This document shows, piece after piece, positions 19,081 to 30,600 of a stretch of 64,000 nt of DNA. Made by a program: the position numbers and the translations under genes. The notes under the pieces were generated by a model. It did no database searches. It had not been told where the DNA came from and saw only the letters and a program-made list of their open reading frames with translations. Origin of the DNA: Promethearchaeota archaeon (GTDB lineage: Archaea > Asgardarchaeota > Lokiarchaeia > Sigyniarchaeales > SOKP01); NCBI GenBank assembly GCA_019057795.1, contig JAHLWS010000087.1, positions 43,176 to 107,175 on the forward strand, in the 5' to 3' direction. Within the stretch, counting starts at the first letter, position 1. Each line of letters starts with the position of its first letter.

Positions 19081-20076
19081 TCATTTATTACGATATCCTA
19101 GATCCATCATCATGCCGTATACTATGCCTAACGCAATACCGTTAAGAACGGGATTATCCTCAATTGATAAATCGGTTCTTGGGATTAACATAGGCATGAT
19201 TTGCTCCAGTACATATCTCGTTTCTGGTTTTTTACTGTATAAATTAATTATCGCTTCTCTAAATTCTTTCATAAAAGCTTCGTGCTCTAATAGCATTTTC
19301 CGAATGTTTTCTTTTCCATTAATAACTCCAAAATGACCAAAACCAGCTTTGGAGGGAAATAATTTCTTAAGATTTCTTAAAGTTGCCATATATTCTTCGT
19401 GATTATAATAAGTAGGCATAGATGTTGGCATAGTTATTAATTCTGAAGTGTGGTAAATTGCACCAACGCTTTCTCCAAGTTGTATAAAGTCAATTAAATT
19501 ATCCTTAATAAATATAGGACATTGGTGGTCTGGAGTGTGTCCTGGAGTTTTTAAAATACCCAATTTAACTTCTGAACCATTAATCGTAAAAGAATCGATA
19601 AAATCAAGTTTGTCTGCTTCTGAATTGAATTTTGTGCTAGGTTCTACTATTTGAAATGCACTTTCCTCAATAGGTTTCATCGAACCTATTAAATTTCCAT
19701 AAGTTCGCTTTCCGCGAGCCAAATGCTCTTCGTAATTGTTAAGTAATTCTTTAGTTTTTTGGTTTGTAAGGATTTTAACTTCGGGGTTGTAATCCTTTAA
19801 TATCTCGTAAAGCTGCCATAGCCCACCGTTATGATCAAAATGGTGATGAGTTGTAGTGAGGTATTTAAACGAAGATAAGTCTATTTTCAGCTTTTTTAAA
19901 AATTTAATTAATTTCTTCGTATCTAATGACGACCCGCAATCGATTAAAACAGAACAATTGTCAAATTGCCCGACGAAAATAGAAAGCATTCGAGGCGTTC
20001 CGTAAGCTTTTACATCTATATGATATAAATACTCGTTAATCTTCCCAGTTTCAATGGTGATTAAGTCTTGTACCAT
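19081..20076 (-). CDS. MBL-fold metallo-hydrolase (likely start ATG at 20076)
   Basis: LIDCG, THHHFDHNGG, TPGHTPDH, GHFG. Confidence 0.9.
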   Translation of the reverse strand: MVQDLITIETGKINEYLYHIDVKAYGTPRMLSIFVGQFDNCSVLIDCGSSLDTKKLIKFLKKLKIDLSSFKYLTTTHHHFDHNGGLWQLYEILKDYNPEVKILTNQKTKELLNNYEEHLARGKRTYGNLIGSMKPIEESAFQIVEPSTKFNSEADKLDFIDSFTINGSEVKLGILKTPGHTPDHQCPIFIKDNLIDFIQLGESVGAIYHTSELITMPTSMPTYYNHEEYMATLRNLKKLFPSKAGFGHFGVINGKENIRKMLLEHEAFMKEFREAIINLYSKKPETRYVLEQIMPMLIPRTDLSIEDNPVLNGIALGIVYGMMMDLGYRNK

Positions 20077-20455
20077 AAAAATAATAAGAAAAAATCGAAT
20101 AAGAAGTATTTTATTTCTCGTTTGTAATTTAAATTTGGAAGAACGAGGAATCAAACCAAATGAGAATCTAAAAAGAATAGCGAAAATATATTATTCTGTA
20201 CAAAGTATCTGTCTGAAATAGGAGTAGATAGCAGTTGCGTTGAGGTTACTTCTTAACGACGACATATCAATTCTTCCATCAGAAGGAATAAACCTCACAT
20301 TGAATAATCCTATCTTATCAGACATGTAAGTATTAGCATATGAGTGTTTTGTTGATGTGCCTATTTCTGTTGCTAAAACATATGTTAAGTCGAACAAGTT
20401 CAGATAAGTCCTAAAAAAAAGACTACAATTCTAGTGCTTGTTCTATATAAGATGG

Positions 20456-21481
20456 TTATATAGTATTAAAAGCATTTTTTAAACTTTTTTCTGCATCATA
20501 TATGATAGTATCAATTATCTCCTTTACAGTTTTCACGCGATCAATCAATCCGATACTTTGTCCTAAATAAACAATACCCTCCTGAACATTTCCTTCATAG
20601 GTCATTTCTAGTTCAGCTAGTTCTTTTTCAACTTTGGAAGTTGAAGTTTCTCCAGCTTGTTTTTCCTCTTTACTTTCAATTAAACCATGCGTTTCAGCAC
20701 CTATGTTCTTCCATACTCTTGCAGGACCAAAAATCCCAGTTTTTAGTTCCGTATCAGATGCACTAGAATTAACAACAATTTGTTTGTAATTATCATGGAA
20801 TTCACATTCTTTTGATGCGATAAATCTTGAACCCATCGCAATAGCACCAGCGCCCATAGATAAGGCAGAAGCTAATCCATCACCTGTAGCATAGCCTCCA
20901 CAAGCAATTACAGGAACTTCTGGTAGCTTTTTTCTTATTTCTTGTAAAAGTACTAATGTGGTTATTTTATCGTAAGATTGGTGACCTCCCCCTTCGATTC
21001 CAGTTGCAACAATTCCATCAATTCCACTATTCATTAATTTTTTAGCTAAATATATTGAAGGGGCAACATGGAAATGCTTAATTTTTGAACCAGTTTCTTT
21101 CAATTTTTCAAAATGTTTGTTATAAATCAGTTTAGGTGAGCCAGCACTCGTAAGCAAATAAACGCATTGCTCTCTTATTCTCTGGTTATCCATAATAAAT
21201 CTTGGTAATTGCCTACAAAGTTTTATGGCATCAGGTTGTAATCGGGCTGTTCTGATGTTAAAACCAAAAGGCTTATCAGTGTGCTCAACAACATATTCCA
21301 TGCTTTTCTTCATTTCATTTAAAGATACAGTTCCGTGCAAAGTAACATGGCTTAATACACCTAACCCTCCCGCCTCAGACACCGCTACTGTTAATTTTGT
21401 TGTATAAAACGGACCCATTGGCGCGCTTAAAATTGGATGTTTGATTCCAAGCATCTTGGTAATATCAGTTTCAATAAACAT
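20456..21481 (-). CDS. Nitronate monooxygenase / FabK-like FMN-dependent oxidoreductase
   Basis: AVSEAGGLG, GIEGGGH, IACGG, MGSRFIASKEC. Confidence 0.9.
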   Translation of the reverse strand: MFIETDITKMLGIKHPILSAPMGPFYTTKLTVAVSEAGGLGVLSHVTLHGTVSLNEMKKSMEYVVEHTDKPFGFNIRTARLQPDAIKLCRQLPRFIMDNQRIREQCVYLLTSAGSPKLIYNKHFEKLKETGSKIKHFHVAPSIYLAKKLMNSGIDGIVATGIEGGGHQSYDKITTLVLLQEIRKKLPEVPVIACGGYATGDGLASALSMGAGAIAMGSRFIASKECEFHDNYKQIVVNSSASDTELKTGIFGPARVWKNIGAETHGLIESKEEKQAGETSTSKVEKELAELEMTYEGNVQEGIVYLGQSIGLIDRVKTVKEIIDTIIYDAEKSLKNAFNTI

Positions 21482-22018
21482 TTAAAATCACTTTCTTTTT
21501 TATTAAATTTTGTAGTAAATTTATTCAATATATATTTATATAAATAGGAAGTTATTCAAAGTTTTTATATAAACCTTTTTCGAAGCTTTGGATTATTAAA
21601 GATATTATTACAAAAATATACCTTTCTTATTAAAGCACTAAAATGAGGATTATCAAAAGTTTATAAAAAAATTACCTCATTGATTACTCTATTCAATTGA
21701 CTCAAAATTAAAATATATATCTAATCATTTACAAAATAAGAAATAATAGTCATATTGAACTCAAATGATATCTTAGAAGAATGTAGTAGTGGTAATATAA
21801 TTACAGATAAATATTTCATCTCAAAAATTCTGATTAATTGTTATAGATATGTTATATTGAACATTCTATTTTGTTTTTAGACATGTTTTTCTACTTATAC
21901 GCGAGATCATAACTTTGATGAGATTAAACACTCTGCTGTTAATGTTATGGACTTATCTACCTTAAAAAGAAGTATTTGATTTGAAATAAAATAAATTAAA
22001 AAGGTTTTAAAAAATTGA

Positions 22019-24274
22019 TTAAATATTTAATTTTTGGCGCCAAAAATTCATTTTCATTCTGAGGTCTTCTTTCTCCGGTTGACTAAGTACATATGTTTTA
22101 TTCCTTAGAGTTGTGCTGGTATTATGAATGTTCTTTAACACGCTGTTATATCCAGATTCTTTAATATATTCGCTTTGAAACTTTTCAAGAGCCGAAGAGA
22201 GTTCAATGCCCGTCAAAGAGTCAACATTATCAAAGATTAAGTCAAATTGTTTTGTCAACAAAGATTTTTCCCCGGATGGCGTTGTTTTTAGAACAGGCAC
22301 CTCTTTTTCAGGTGGAGCAATTACTTTTGGTATCTGAACTATTGGTTTTAATTTTACGTGTTCTTTTAGTGGTTCTTCAGCGATCTTAACGGGTTCTTGA
22401 GCTAATTTCGGTGGTGGAGTTTCTTGTATAATTGATGACTTAATAGCATGCATAACTTCCTTTCTTGCGCCCATCCAGGATTCCTCTAGAATAGGGACAA
22501 AAATTTTGATATGTTCTTCTATAATACTTCCTATTCCAGCAATCTCAGTTATAGACTCCCCTCTCACTTCTGCTTTTGAAAGCACGCATACGATTACTTC
22601 TTCGTAATCTCGATTTATACCCCATAAATTTTGTAAAGCGCGATGTCTATAATCCACATTATCCATTTTATCCATCTTTTGGATTACAGCTACGTGTTCG
22701 GGATTATCGAAATCTATATTTGCAGCTATTCTGAAATTTATCCTTGAAGGTCGCTCCATTATTGCGTTAATATCTATATCGCTGATTTGAGGGACAACGA
22801 GTAATACTCTCATTTTTGCTTTTGAAATTTCGTCGCTAATGTGTGCCTTAGCGGCTTCAGGGGAGCGAATGAACCAAATATCTTTCATTGTAATTGATCT
22901 CCCGGTTTTCGCTTGCTCCCAGAATTCACTTGTGACTTTTTCGGATCTTTCGAGTTTATTCAATATATCATCAAGCGTATTATCTAAAGTTGCGACAATT
23001 TGTTCGTAAAAAACATCTTTTAAATTGCCAAGCGATTGAAACGTCGTACCAGAGATTCCTTCTATTTTTTCTTCAGCCATTTTTATTGCTCTATTAAAAT
23101 TTTCAGTAATATCCCCGTATATCTTCTCTTTATCTTCTTCTACCTTTGAGGTAAGACCATCAATATTTTCAAGGGTACTTTTTAATGATTCTTTCAATTT
23201 TGATATTAATTCAGAATCAACGCCTTGAGTCACTTTTTTAAGCTCGTCAGAGAATGCGACTTGGCTTACGGATAGTTGCACATTGATATTATCAGAGATT
23301 TCTTTTAATTTTGCGTTTACAACCTTATCAATCACTTGTTCAACAGCTTCGGAAATTACCCCAAGACGTAACTTCTGCAGATTTTGAGAGACAGTTGATT
23401 TAATGTTCTCAAATTCGTTCTTCAAATCGCTAACCTGTCCTTTAATGATTTGAGATGTCTTTGTGTTAATATCATCAAATCTTTTTTTAAGATCGGCGAT
23501 TTGAGGTGATTCCATAACCGAATCAGCGTATCCTTCGAGGTTTGAGATTTCATCTGAGATCCCTCTAATTTGATCCATTACTACTAATGTGTCGTCAAAC
23601 TCTTTCTTCTGCGATTTAATCTGTGTTAGCATATTTTCTTTTAATTCGTTCATTAACTCAGTAGGTATGGGCTTTCTTTCAACTTTAACTTCAACCTTTC
23701 CAGACTCTGATTCTAACTGTGCAAATGATTTTTCTAGTTGGGTAGGTATGTTGACTTTAATATCTGAGATATATTTGTGAAATTTTTTTAACTGGCTAAC
23801 TAAGGCTGCGTATGGAGGTAGAGCGCTATAATGCGGTTTTGCTCCAATGATTTCCTTAAAAAGTCCTTTTTTAACAAATTTAGTCGCCATCTCTTGGCAT
23901 TCAGCTTTAGGTTTTCCCGTTAAAATTGCCATTTCGCCGATGCTAACGGCTTCACGACCCGTGATTCTGAAATACAGTTCAATCTCGTCGTCAGAGAGAT
24001 CAATTTCGCTCAAAACTTGTTTTGTAAGTTCTTTTGAATAGGAAACTTCGTCTTTTTTGAGTATTTCCTTTATTTCAAAATTCTCGACTTCTAAATATTG
24101 ATTAAAATAAACAATTAAATTATGTTCAGGGGATCCGTGTAGAATTTCTTTTTTAATCGGAAATTTTAAAACATCTTGGTATTCCTTCTTGGTTATTTTA
24201 AAAGGTATTTCTTTCAAACATAATTTACAGGTATATGGTATCTCTACTTCTTCCTTTTCTTTAAATAAATACAA
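22019..24274 (-). CDS. TrmB-like regulator with N-terminal CxxC/His metal-binding domain and long coiled-coil insert
   Basis: TCKLC...HGSPEH; TrmB-type wHTH (LSDDEIELYFRI...KKGLFKEIIGAKPHYSALPP); about 290-aa helical region; TrmB effector-like segment IWFIRSPE..ISKAKMRVLLVVP. Confidence 0.7.
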   Translation of the reverse strand: MYLFKEKEEVEIPYTCKLCLKEIPFKITKKEYQDVLKFPIKKEILHGSPEHNLIVYFNQYLEVENFEIKEILKKDEVSYSKELTKQVLSEIDLSDDEIELYFRITGREAVSIGEMAILTGKPKAECQEMATKFVKKGLFKEIIGAKPHYSALPPYAALVSQLKKFHKYISDIKVNIPTQLEKSFAQLESESGKVEVKVERKPIPTELMNELKENMLTQIKSQKKEFDDTLVVMDQIRGISDEISNLEGYADSVMESPQIADLKKRFDDINTKTSQIIKGQVSDLKNEFENIKSTVSQNLQKLRLGVISEAVEQVIDKVVNAKLKEISDNINVQLSVSQVAFSDELKKVTQGVDSELISKLKESLKSTLENIDGLTSKVEEDKEKIYGDITENFNRAIKMAEEKIEGISGTTFQSLGNLKDVFYEQIVATLDNTLDDILNKLERSEKVTSEFWEQAKTGRSITMKDIWFIRSPEAAKAHISDEISKAKMRVLLVVPQISDIDINAIMERPSRINFRIAANIDFDNPEHVAVIQKMDKMDNVDYRHRALQNLWGINRDYEEVIVCVLSKAEVRGESITEIAGIGSIIEEHIKIFVPILEESWMGARKEVMHAIKSSIIQETPPPKLAQEPVKIAEEPLKEHVKLKPIVQIPKVIAPPEKEVPVLKTTPSGEKSLLTKQFDLIFDNVDSLTGIELSSALEKFQSEYIKESGYNSVLKNIHNTSTTLRNKTYVLSQPEKEDLRMKMNFWRQKLNI

Positions 24275-24308
24275 TTCTTTACACCTCTCGTTCTAGTTAA
24301 TTGGTGAT

Positions 24309-25565
24309 TTAAAAAGTAACTTTTTCTGGAAAGGATATTTCCAATAAGTTTAAGGCTTTTTTAGCGATTTCATAAGTAATTTTTCCATCCGTTTCCTCCT
24401 TTCTATAAGCTTCTCTGATTTTTGGTAGTAAATATTCTGGAAAAATTGTTAGTGGTTTAATGTCCGTAAGCAAACAAATCCAACTTCTTTTATTTTCGTC
24501 TTTAATTTCAGTAATCACGTTTAATTTCTTTAAATTATCAAGCAAAATTTCCGTGACGGCGAACTCTGAAAAGATTTTTGGTATTTTATCTAGTGGATAA
24601 TGGTTCGAACGCATTAAGACGAAGAAATCATAAACATCAGGGTTAAGTAATATTGAAGCCAGTTTTTTGGTATTTTCAAAAGGTTCTGCATAGGGATCGT
24701 AATTTGTGAAATAGTCTGTAGATTTTTGCCTAAATAAAGGTAATAATTCGTTGTTTGTGTCCTTAAAATGCTTTAAGAGATTTTCGTTGGGAACACGGGC
24801 TAAAATTAAATCTTTGAGTAAAAATAGATACTCTCCTTGATTTGTTATCACTCCAGTCTTTTTATCTTTCTCACCTTTTACCCAATCACGCCTTGCTAAG
24901 TTCAATTCTATAAAGGGTCTAAGTAAAATATCAATATTAGCTGTAGGTTTCATTTTTTCAACTATTTTTTTCATTTCGTTTTTTGAAATGGGTTGTTCTC
25001 TTAAAGTTTCTAAGATTTTTAACCGTTCATCGCTATTATAGATTAGAGCTACTTTTTGAAGTTTGTCTAATTGACTTAAACGCTCAATTTGAAATATGGT
25101 ATACTTTAATTCGTTCATTAAACGGACGTTTACGTTGGAAACTAAATCCAATTGCCTCGTATTTACAGCTTTAGTTAATTTTTCAAAAATAGTGTCTAAT
25201 CTTTTTGCCATTTCTTTAATTAAATCCTCAAACAATTCTATTTCGTCGTCTAATTCAAATATAGACATCGCAAGATATTGAGTTCCATCGGCTAACTGCT
25301 TGAAATACGACAAAACTTGATATGGCGTTTCTTTTAAGCGGCCAGTATAGAAATTACTGAATCCGTATTTCATGCCAATAATACCCGTTGTGTGTTGATA
25401 GAACGTGGCAAATATATCGTTCTCTATGATCAGTTCTGAAAAGTCGTCTTCTTTAAATTTTTTATTCTTAAACACTAATTGAATTGGGCTAAATTCGGGA
25501 TCTATCTCCCCTGTAGTTTCATTCTGATTCAATTTAAATTGAAATGTACAAATCGATTGTATCAA
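24309..25565 (-). CDS. Hypothetical protein, predicted longin-like N-terminus plus tandem winged-helix C-terminus
   Basis: N-terminal alpha/beta pattern (YQVLSYF..QYLAMSIFELDDEIELFEDLIKEMAKRL); two wHTH-like segments (RLKILETLREQPISKNEM..LRPFIELNLA; YDFFVLMRSNHYP..LDNLKKLNVITEI). Confidence 0.5.
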   Translation of the reverse strand: MIQSICTFQFKLNQNETTGEIDPEFSPIQLVFKNKKFKEDDFSELIIENDIFATFYQHTTGIIGMKYGFSNFYTGRLKETPYQVLSYFKQLADGTQYLAMSIFELDDEIELFEDLIKEMAKRLDTIFEKLTKAVNTRQLDLVSNVNVRLMNELKYTIFQIERLSQLDKLQKVALIYNSDERLKILETLREQPISKNEMKKIVEKMKPTANIDILLRPFIELNLARRDWVKGEKDKKTGVITNQGEYLFLLKDLILARVPNENLLKHFKDTNNELLPLFRQKSTDYFTNYDPYAEPFENTKKLASILLNPDVYDFFVLMRSNHYPLDKIPKIFSEFAVTEILLDNLKKLNVITEIKDENKRSWICLLTDIKPLTIFPEYLLPKIREAYRKEETDGKITYEIAKKALNLLEISFPEKVTF

Positions 25566-25802
25566 TTTGGTTTGCCTCTAATTTTTTATAAGTAAATTAA
25601 TTAAATTAAAATATATATAATTATGTCTTAAGTAATTTATTAACTTAAATTTAATCAATTAAAATATTTAAAATTCGTTATATTGACAAAAAAAGAGGGT
25701 AATTTTTTATACGATAATTTTTTTAATACTTAAATAGGGAAAATTAGAAATATAACGAATTTAACATTATAAATTAGTAAAGAATTAATTTGGTGATAAA
25801 AT

Positions 25803-27437
25803 TTGCTATTAAGGTTTAAAATAAAGAAAAGATTTGGAGTAATACTTCTAATTATAACGATTATTATTTTTAATGCGCTACCCCTTTTATTACCTATCAA
25901 TTTTACAAGTAATAATGAGCAGTTAATAATTAAACCCTCGGGTGAAACTTATTATACAGATGTTCTTTGGCTTGATAATCCGACATTCGAAGATCCGATT
26001 GAACCTATTTGGTTTCCCGATATTGAGGGAGATGAGTCAGATGTTGATACTAGTACAAGTCTAAATCAAGCAAATCTACAAATTTTAGGAGAAGAATATA
26101 CATTTGAAGTAATAGCAGATCCACCAGATGGTAATTGGACTGCTGTTAATAATCCAAGTTTTCCTAGATTCCCAGATAATCATTTTACTGATTCAGTCGG
26201 ATTAAATGTGTATCATTATTGGGATGAAGACGAAGATCAAACCCATAATACACCCAGTGTACATTGGAAAAGGAATTTTACAATGCCGGTAAATATGGCT
26301 GATTATATAATTACTTCTGCTTCAATTCAATCAACATTTAATGCAACAGTTACTGTGGGGCCTCATAGTGGAGGGGGTATAGATTGTCCTGGTGATACAC
26401 TACCCCAATCTTCGACATTTGATTATGCTAGATTTTATGTTTTAGTATCTGATCCTAATAATACGTATGAATATGAGATTGCTTATAACCAAACTGTTGA
26501 TCTAGGTCAAGATTCTCCAGAAATATCTAATTATAGCGATACGCGAATGGTAAATATTCCAGAAGACGTTTTAATTGCATTCTTAACATCTATTTTTAAA
26601 GAAAATAATTTTAATTTCACTATTACATTAGGAATCGACATTTATTGTGAAGATAATGAACCAGGTGTTGATGAAGACAGGTGGGATTCATTAATCATTA
26701 GATCATTGGATTTTAAATTTACTTACAGAAAGAAAATAGACCAATTTACTTCAGTATCTTGGAACCAAGAAGGTGCCGCAATTAGTGGAAGTAACAAGTT
26801 AATTACCGGAGCGACCCTTCTATTCAAATATAAAATTGATCAAGATTGGACTAGTTCTTCTCCTAATTCTGAAATAAGAGTTTTAATTAATAATAATCTA
26901 CATTCAGAAACTATAAAATTAAGTAAAGTTACAAATACTTTTCAAGAGGCAAAAACCGGAGGTTATGATGTAACTTTCTTAATTTTAAAAGATGTCAATA
27001 TAAGCCTTTCAATTCAAATATATTTAGCAGATGAGTTTGGTTTAGAAAAAGTAATAACTGTTTCGATCACAGATGTTTACCTTTATATATCTTATATTGT
27101 AACTTTTCCGGATATTTTTTCAGAACCTTGGATATTTGCGGGATTATTTATTATTGCAATAATCGGTGCCTCACTTTTAGCAGCTTATCTTATTGCATAT
27201 CAAACATACTTAAAATATCCTGTCCCGGTTAGAAAAGTTAGGAAATATAGAAAAACATTAACTAAAGAAAAAGATCCTGGAGTACACATAATTAAACGCA
27301 AGAGTTCATTTAAAAAAATCTTTCGAAACGAATTAGATAAAACATCTAAATTTTTAAAAGGCGCCCCTCTCGATGGCAAAATAATAAGAGAGAAATTAAT
27401 AGGGAATCAACAAACGGGAAGCAATTCAGAAAAATAA
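25803..27437 (+). CDS. Single-pass surface glycoprotein 1 with conserved basic cytoplasmic tail
   Basis: Basic plus hydrophobic N-terminal signal; many N-x-S/T sequons; C-terminal TM followed by YQTYLKYPVPVRKVRKYRKTL; GGTGA RBS. Confidence 0.85.
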   Translation: MLLRFKIKKRFGVILLIITIIIFNALPLLLPINFTSNNEQLIIKPSGETYYTDVLWLDNPTFEDPIEPIWFPDIEGDESDVDTSTSLNQANLQILGEEYTFEVIADPPDGNWTAVNNPSFPRFPDNHFTDSVGLNVYHYWDEDEDQTHNTPSVHWKRNFTMPVNMADYIITSASIQSTFNATVTVGPHSGGGIDCPGDTLPQSSTFDYARFYVLVSDPNNTYEYEIAYNQTVDLGQDSPEISNYSDTRMVNIPEDVLIAFLTSIFKENNFNFTITLGIDIYCEDNEPGVDEDRWDSLIIRSLDFKFTYRKKIDQFTSVSWNQEGAAISGSNKLITGATLLFKYKIDQDWTSSSPNSEIRVLINNNLHSETIKLSKVTNTFQEAKTGGYDVTFLILKDVNISLSIQIYLADEFGLEKVITVSITDVYLYISYIVTFPDIFSEPWIFAGLFIIAIIGASLLAAYLIAYQTYLKYPVPVRKVRKYRKTLTKEKDPGVHIIKRKSSFKKIFRNELDKTSKFLKGAPLDGKIIREKLIGNQQTGSNSEK

Positions 27438-27613
27438 AAAATGATTTTTTTCAAAATGTTATCTTTTATTATCAAATCTTTTTAATTCATAATATTTGGT
27501 CAAACCCATTCTCATCAAATTAATTTAAAAGCATAATTTTACTAATTATTAATATTGACATCTTATATTAAGAATTTATAATCATTCTTATAATTACAAA
27601 AGGTATAAAGAAT

Positions 27614-30600
27614 ATGAATTTAGCAACAAATAGAAAGAAGAGATTGTACGCGTTATTGACTCTTTTAAGTATTTTCGTAGTAAATGCAGCTATAATAAAT
27701 TTTACCTACATCCCAAATAATTTAAATGAAAAAATAATTAAAAAAGTTATAGATGTTCCTAAAAATAACGATCTTACTTCTGATAATAAGTATAATGGTA
27801 TAGGAGATGCATGGAATATTACTCATTGGGCAAATCGTACGGATTATGATCTCCCCGCAAGTTTTGAAGAGAATTCATATGATATGGTGGAAATGCCCTT
27901 AGGTACCGATTGGGTTGGTTATAAATTAAATGCCTCAATTAATAATCTATATGATTCAAGAAACTGGAATAATGGAACTTTTAATTTTGGTGATAATAAT
28001 ACATATGCTACCGGGGAAGACGATTCTTTATACATTACAAATAGTTATCAAAATTGGACTTTTCATGAAAATGTTGTTGGTTCTTCAAATGTTATGTCTG
28101 GAAATTATCTAGATAAAAATGCTGTAACACCAGTTAATACCCAAAACCATGATAGTTTAGAATTAAGAATGGCGGGAAATAGATACAATGATTCTGGGGA
28201 TCCATATTGGTATAGATATCGGTATGATACCGGAGATAAATGTTCATGGTCAAGTTCTTTTCATATTCCAAGAGGAAAGGTTATTGATAGTTGGTTAAAA
28301 TTTCAAGTAAATCCAATCCATATAATAAGTTTTAACTCTTGGGAGTTTAGAATATTTTTAAATGGTATTAAAGTTTATTCTGATGGCTTGTTTACATTAA
28401 AACAGCGAGGACAAAATACATGGCATAATTTCACAATTCCTCAGGGACTTTGGATAAACACATCAGATGTTTATTCAACAACCTTCTTAAATGATTCAAA
28501 TATTAGTATCGAAATTGCTTTAGAATATACAGCAACGAGTGCGGGTTATGGGTATGAAGATGGTGAAAATAGAGATTATCAACAAGTTCTTATTGATAAC
28601 GTAGAATTAGAAACTAAAGCTGAAGCTCAACCTTCAGACATACAATTAAAAAGTAATAATACAATTGTGGAAGATATTAGTTGGGGGAAAGGAAAAGTAG
28701 AAATTAATGGTAATTGGCAGAGTGTTGATGGGAAGGTATATACTAATTTTAGTTGCGATGATGTTGGCCAATTGGGAGCTTTTTCTATTGATATACTAAG
28801 TGATTTAAACCTTCATGCGATAAAACATACGCCTGAAAGTAATTATGAAACTAATGTAGGGTCTATTGGAACAAAATTTTCTGTAAATAATGAAAGTTCA
28901 GTTAATTGGTTATGTTATGGTCGAGTTAATGTACCTACGAGGTATGAGGAAACAGAATTGAAAATTAATTTTCCCACTGATGTTAATATTACCTCCGTTT
29001 TTGATCCTCAGAACCCTTCTTTAAATATTCTGAGCCAGTGTGATAATTCGACTCCAGGTGTTTTATCAATACCCGTAAATACTATTTCACTTACTCCAGA
29101 TGGATTTTGGAAATTTGAAGCAGTTTCACCTAACTATTGCAAAGATTTAATGATCTACAATAACGAAACTGGAGCCTGGATTCGAAATAATAACTTCCTA
29201 AGCGGTGATTTTATTAATATTACCGCAAAAATTACAAATTCTCCAGAAATATCTAGTTACATTCAAAATACAAAAGCATTTCTTCAAATTAGGTTTCCGA
29301 ATGGCACTTTATGGTCTGATCAAAGTCAATTTGCTTCAGTCGATATTAATGGTAATGTTATTTTTATGCTGTTTCAAATACCCACAGCTCCACCAAATTA
29401 CGAAGTTGGAGAATATGAGGCAATTATAACTTGGAATAATTCTTATTCTATTTATGGTTTAAATGAAACGGGTATTATTTATAAGAAATTTAATATAATC
29501 CATGAATCTAAGCTTGTTCCTGACGAATTTTATTATGAAGATATGAAAGAAAATTCTAGTTTTAATTTAAAAATATCTTTCTCCGACTCAGTAGATAATG
29601 AACCTATAACAAATGCTATAGTATATACATTTAATTTTACTCATCCTTCAGTAAAGCAATATTTTAGTGAAATAAGTCCCGGTTATTATTTTCTCGAATT
29701 CAACGTAGAGGATGGAATATTAGGTAATAATACTTTAAGTATTTATGCTAATTCGTCTAATTATGAGAATAAAGTAGTTAATATCAAAATTGAGGTGATT
29801 AGAGAAACAGAGCTTACTGTTGATAATGATTTTATAAATAATGTACTTTTTGAGCAGAATTTTACCATTCAATTCAATTATACTGAAAAACTTTCTAGTA
29901 CAGGAATTAATCCGGATTCTCTCTCAACCGATTGGTTAGGTAATTATTCTTTCATTGAAATAGCCACAGGGAGATATAATTTAACATGCAGTACCCTTGG
30001 TTATAATGCAGGTCAACTTTATACATTAAATCTTTATGTAGATGCCTATAAATATGAAGCTAAATCTATATCAATAAAAGTTTATATTACTGAACTTAAA
30101 TCATCTTTAGAATTGTTTGTTAATAGTAATGCACTACAACCTAATGATGTATTTACTGTTGATGTATGGGAAAAGATAAACATAACAGTTTTTTATAAGG
30201 ATATACACGGAAATCCCTTAACTGGGGCAATAATAAATGTAACAAGTGGGTCTTTTTCATATCAATTAAATGAAAATCTTTTATTTAATCACTACAGTTT
30301 AATTTTGGATGCTACTGAATTAGAACAAGGAATTGATAATCTTGTTGTTTTTGCTCAATTGGTTAATTATGAACCACAAACTATTCCATTTATAGCAGAA
30401 ATTATAGAAAGGTCAACAATCATCGAAATTTTATTTGATGGGGTAAATAAGACAGATGATCCTACAATAGATATTACTATTGGTCAAACATTAAATATTA
30501 CTGTAAATTATATGGATGATGAGTATCATCACATACAAGGGGCAATGGCACAGCTTTCTGGTGATTTAATTGGGAATTTGAGTGAAAACTTAATATTTGA

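Noticed and set aside
20077-20154. N-terminal extension of the MBL hydrolase given in the ORF track
   Set aside because: AT-rich, promoter-like sequence; ATG at 20076 is the more plausible start
20135-20410. 68-aa minus-strand ORF (20191..20397) and a stop-interrupted plus-strand frame
   Set aside because: No recognisable family on either strand; may be decayed coding DNA but a call cannot be supported
21755-21980. Coding-like fragments in the long intergenic region, and a short aatgagg/cctcatt inverted repeat near 21642-21681
   Set aside because: The fragments are short, frameshifted and unassignable; a 7-bp inverted repeat is expected by chance in AT-rich DNA
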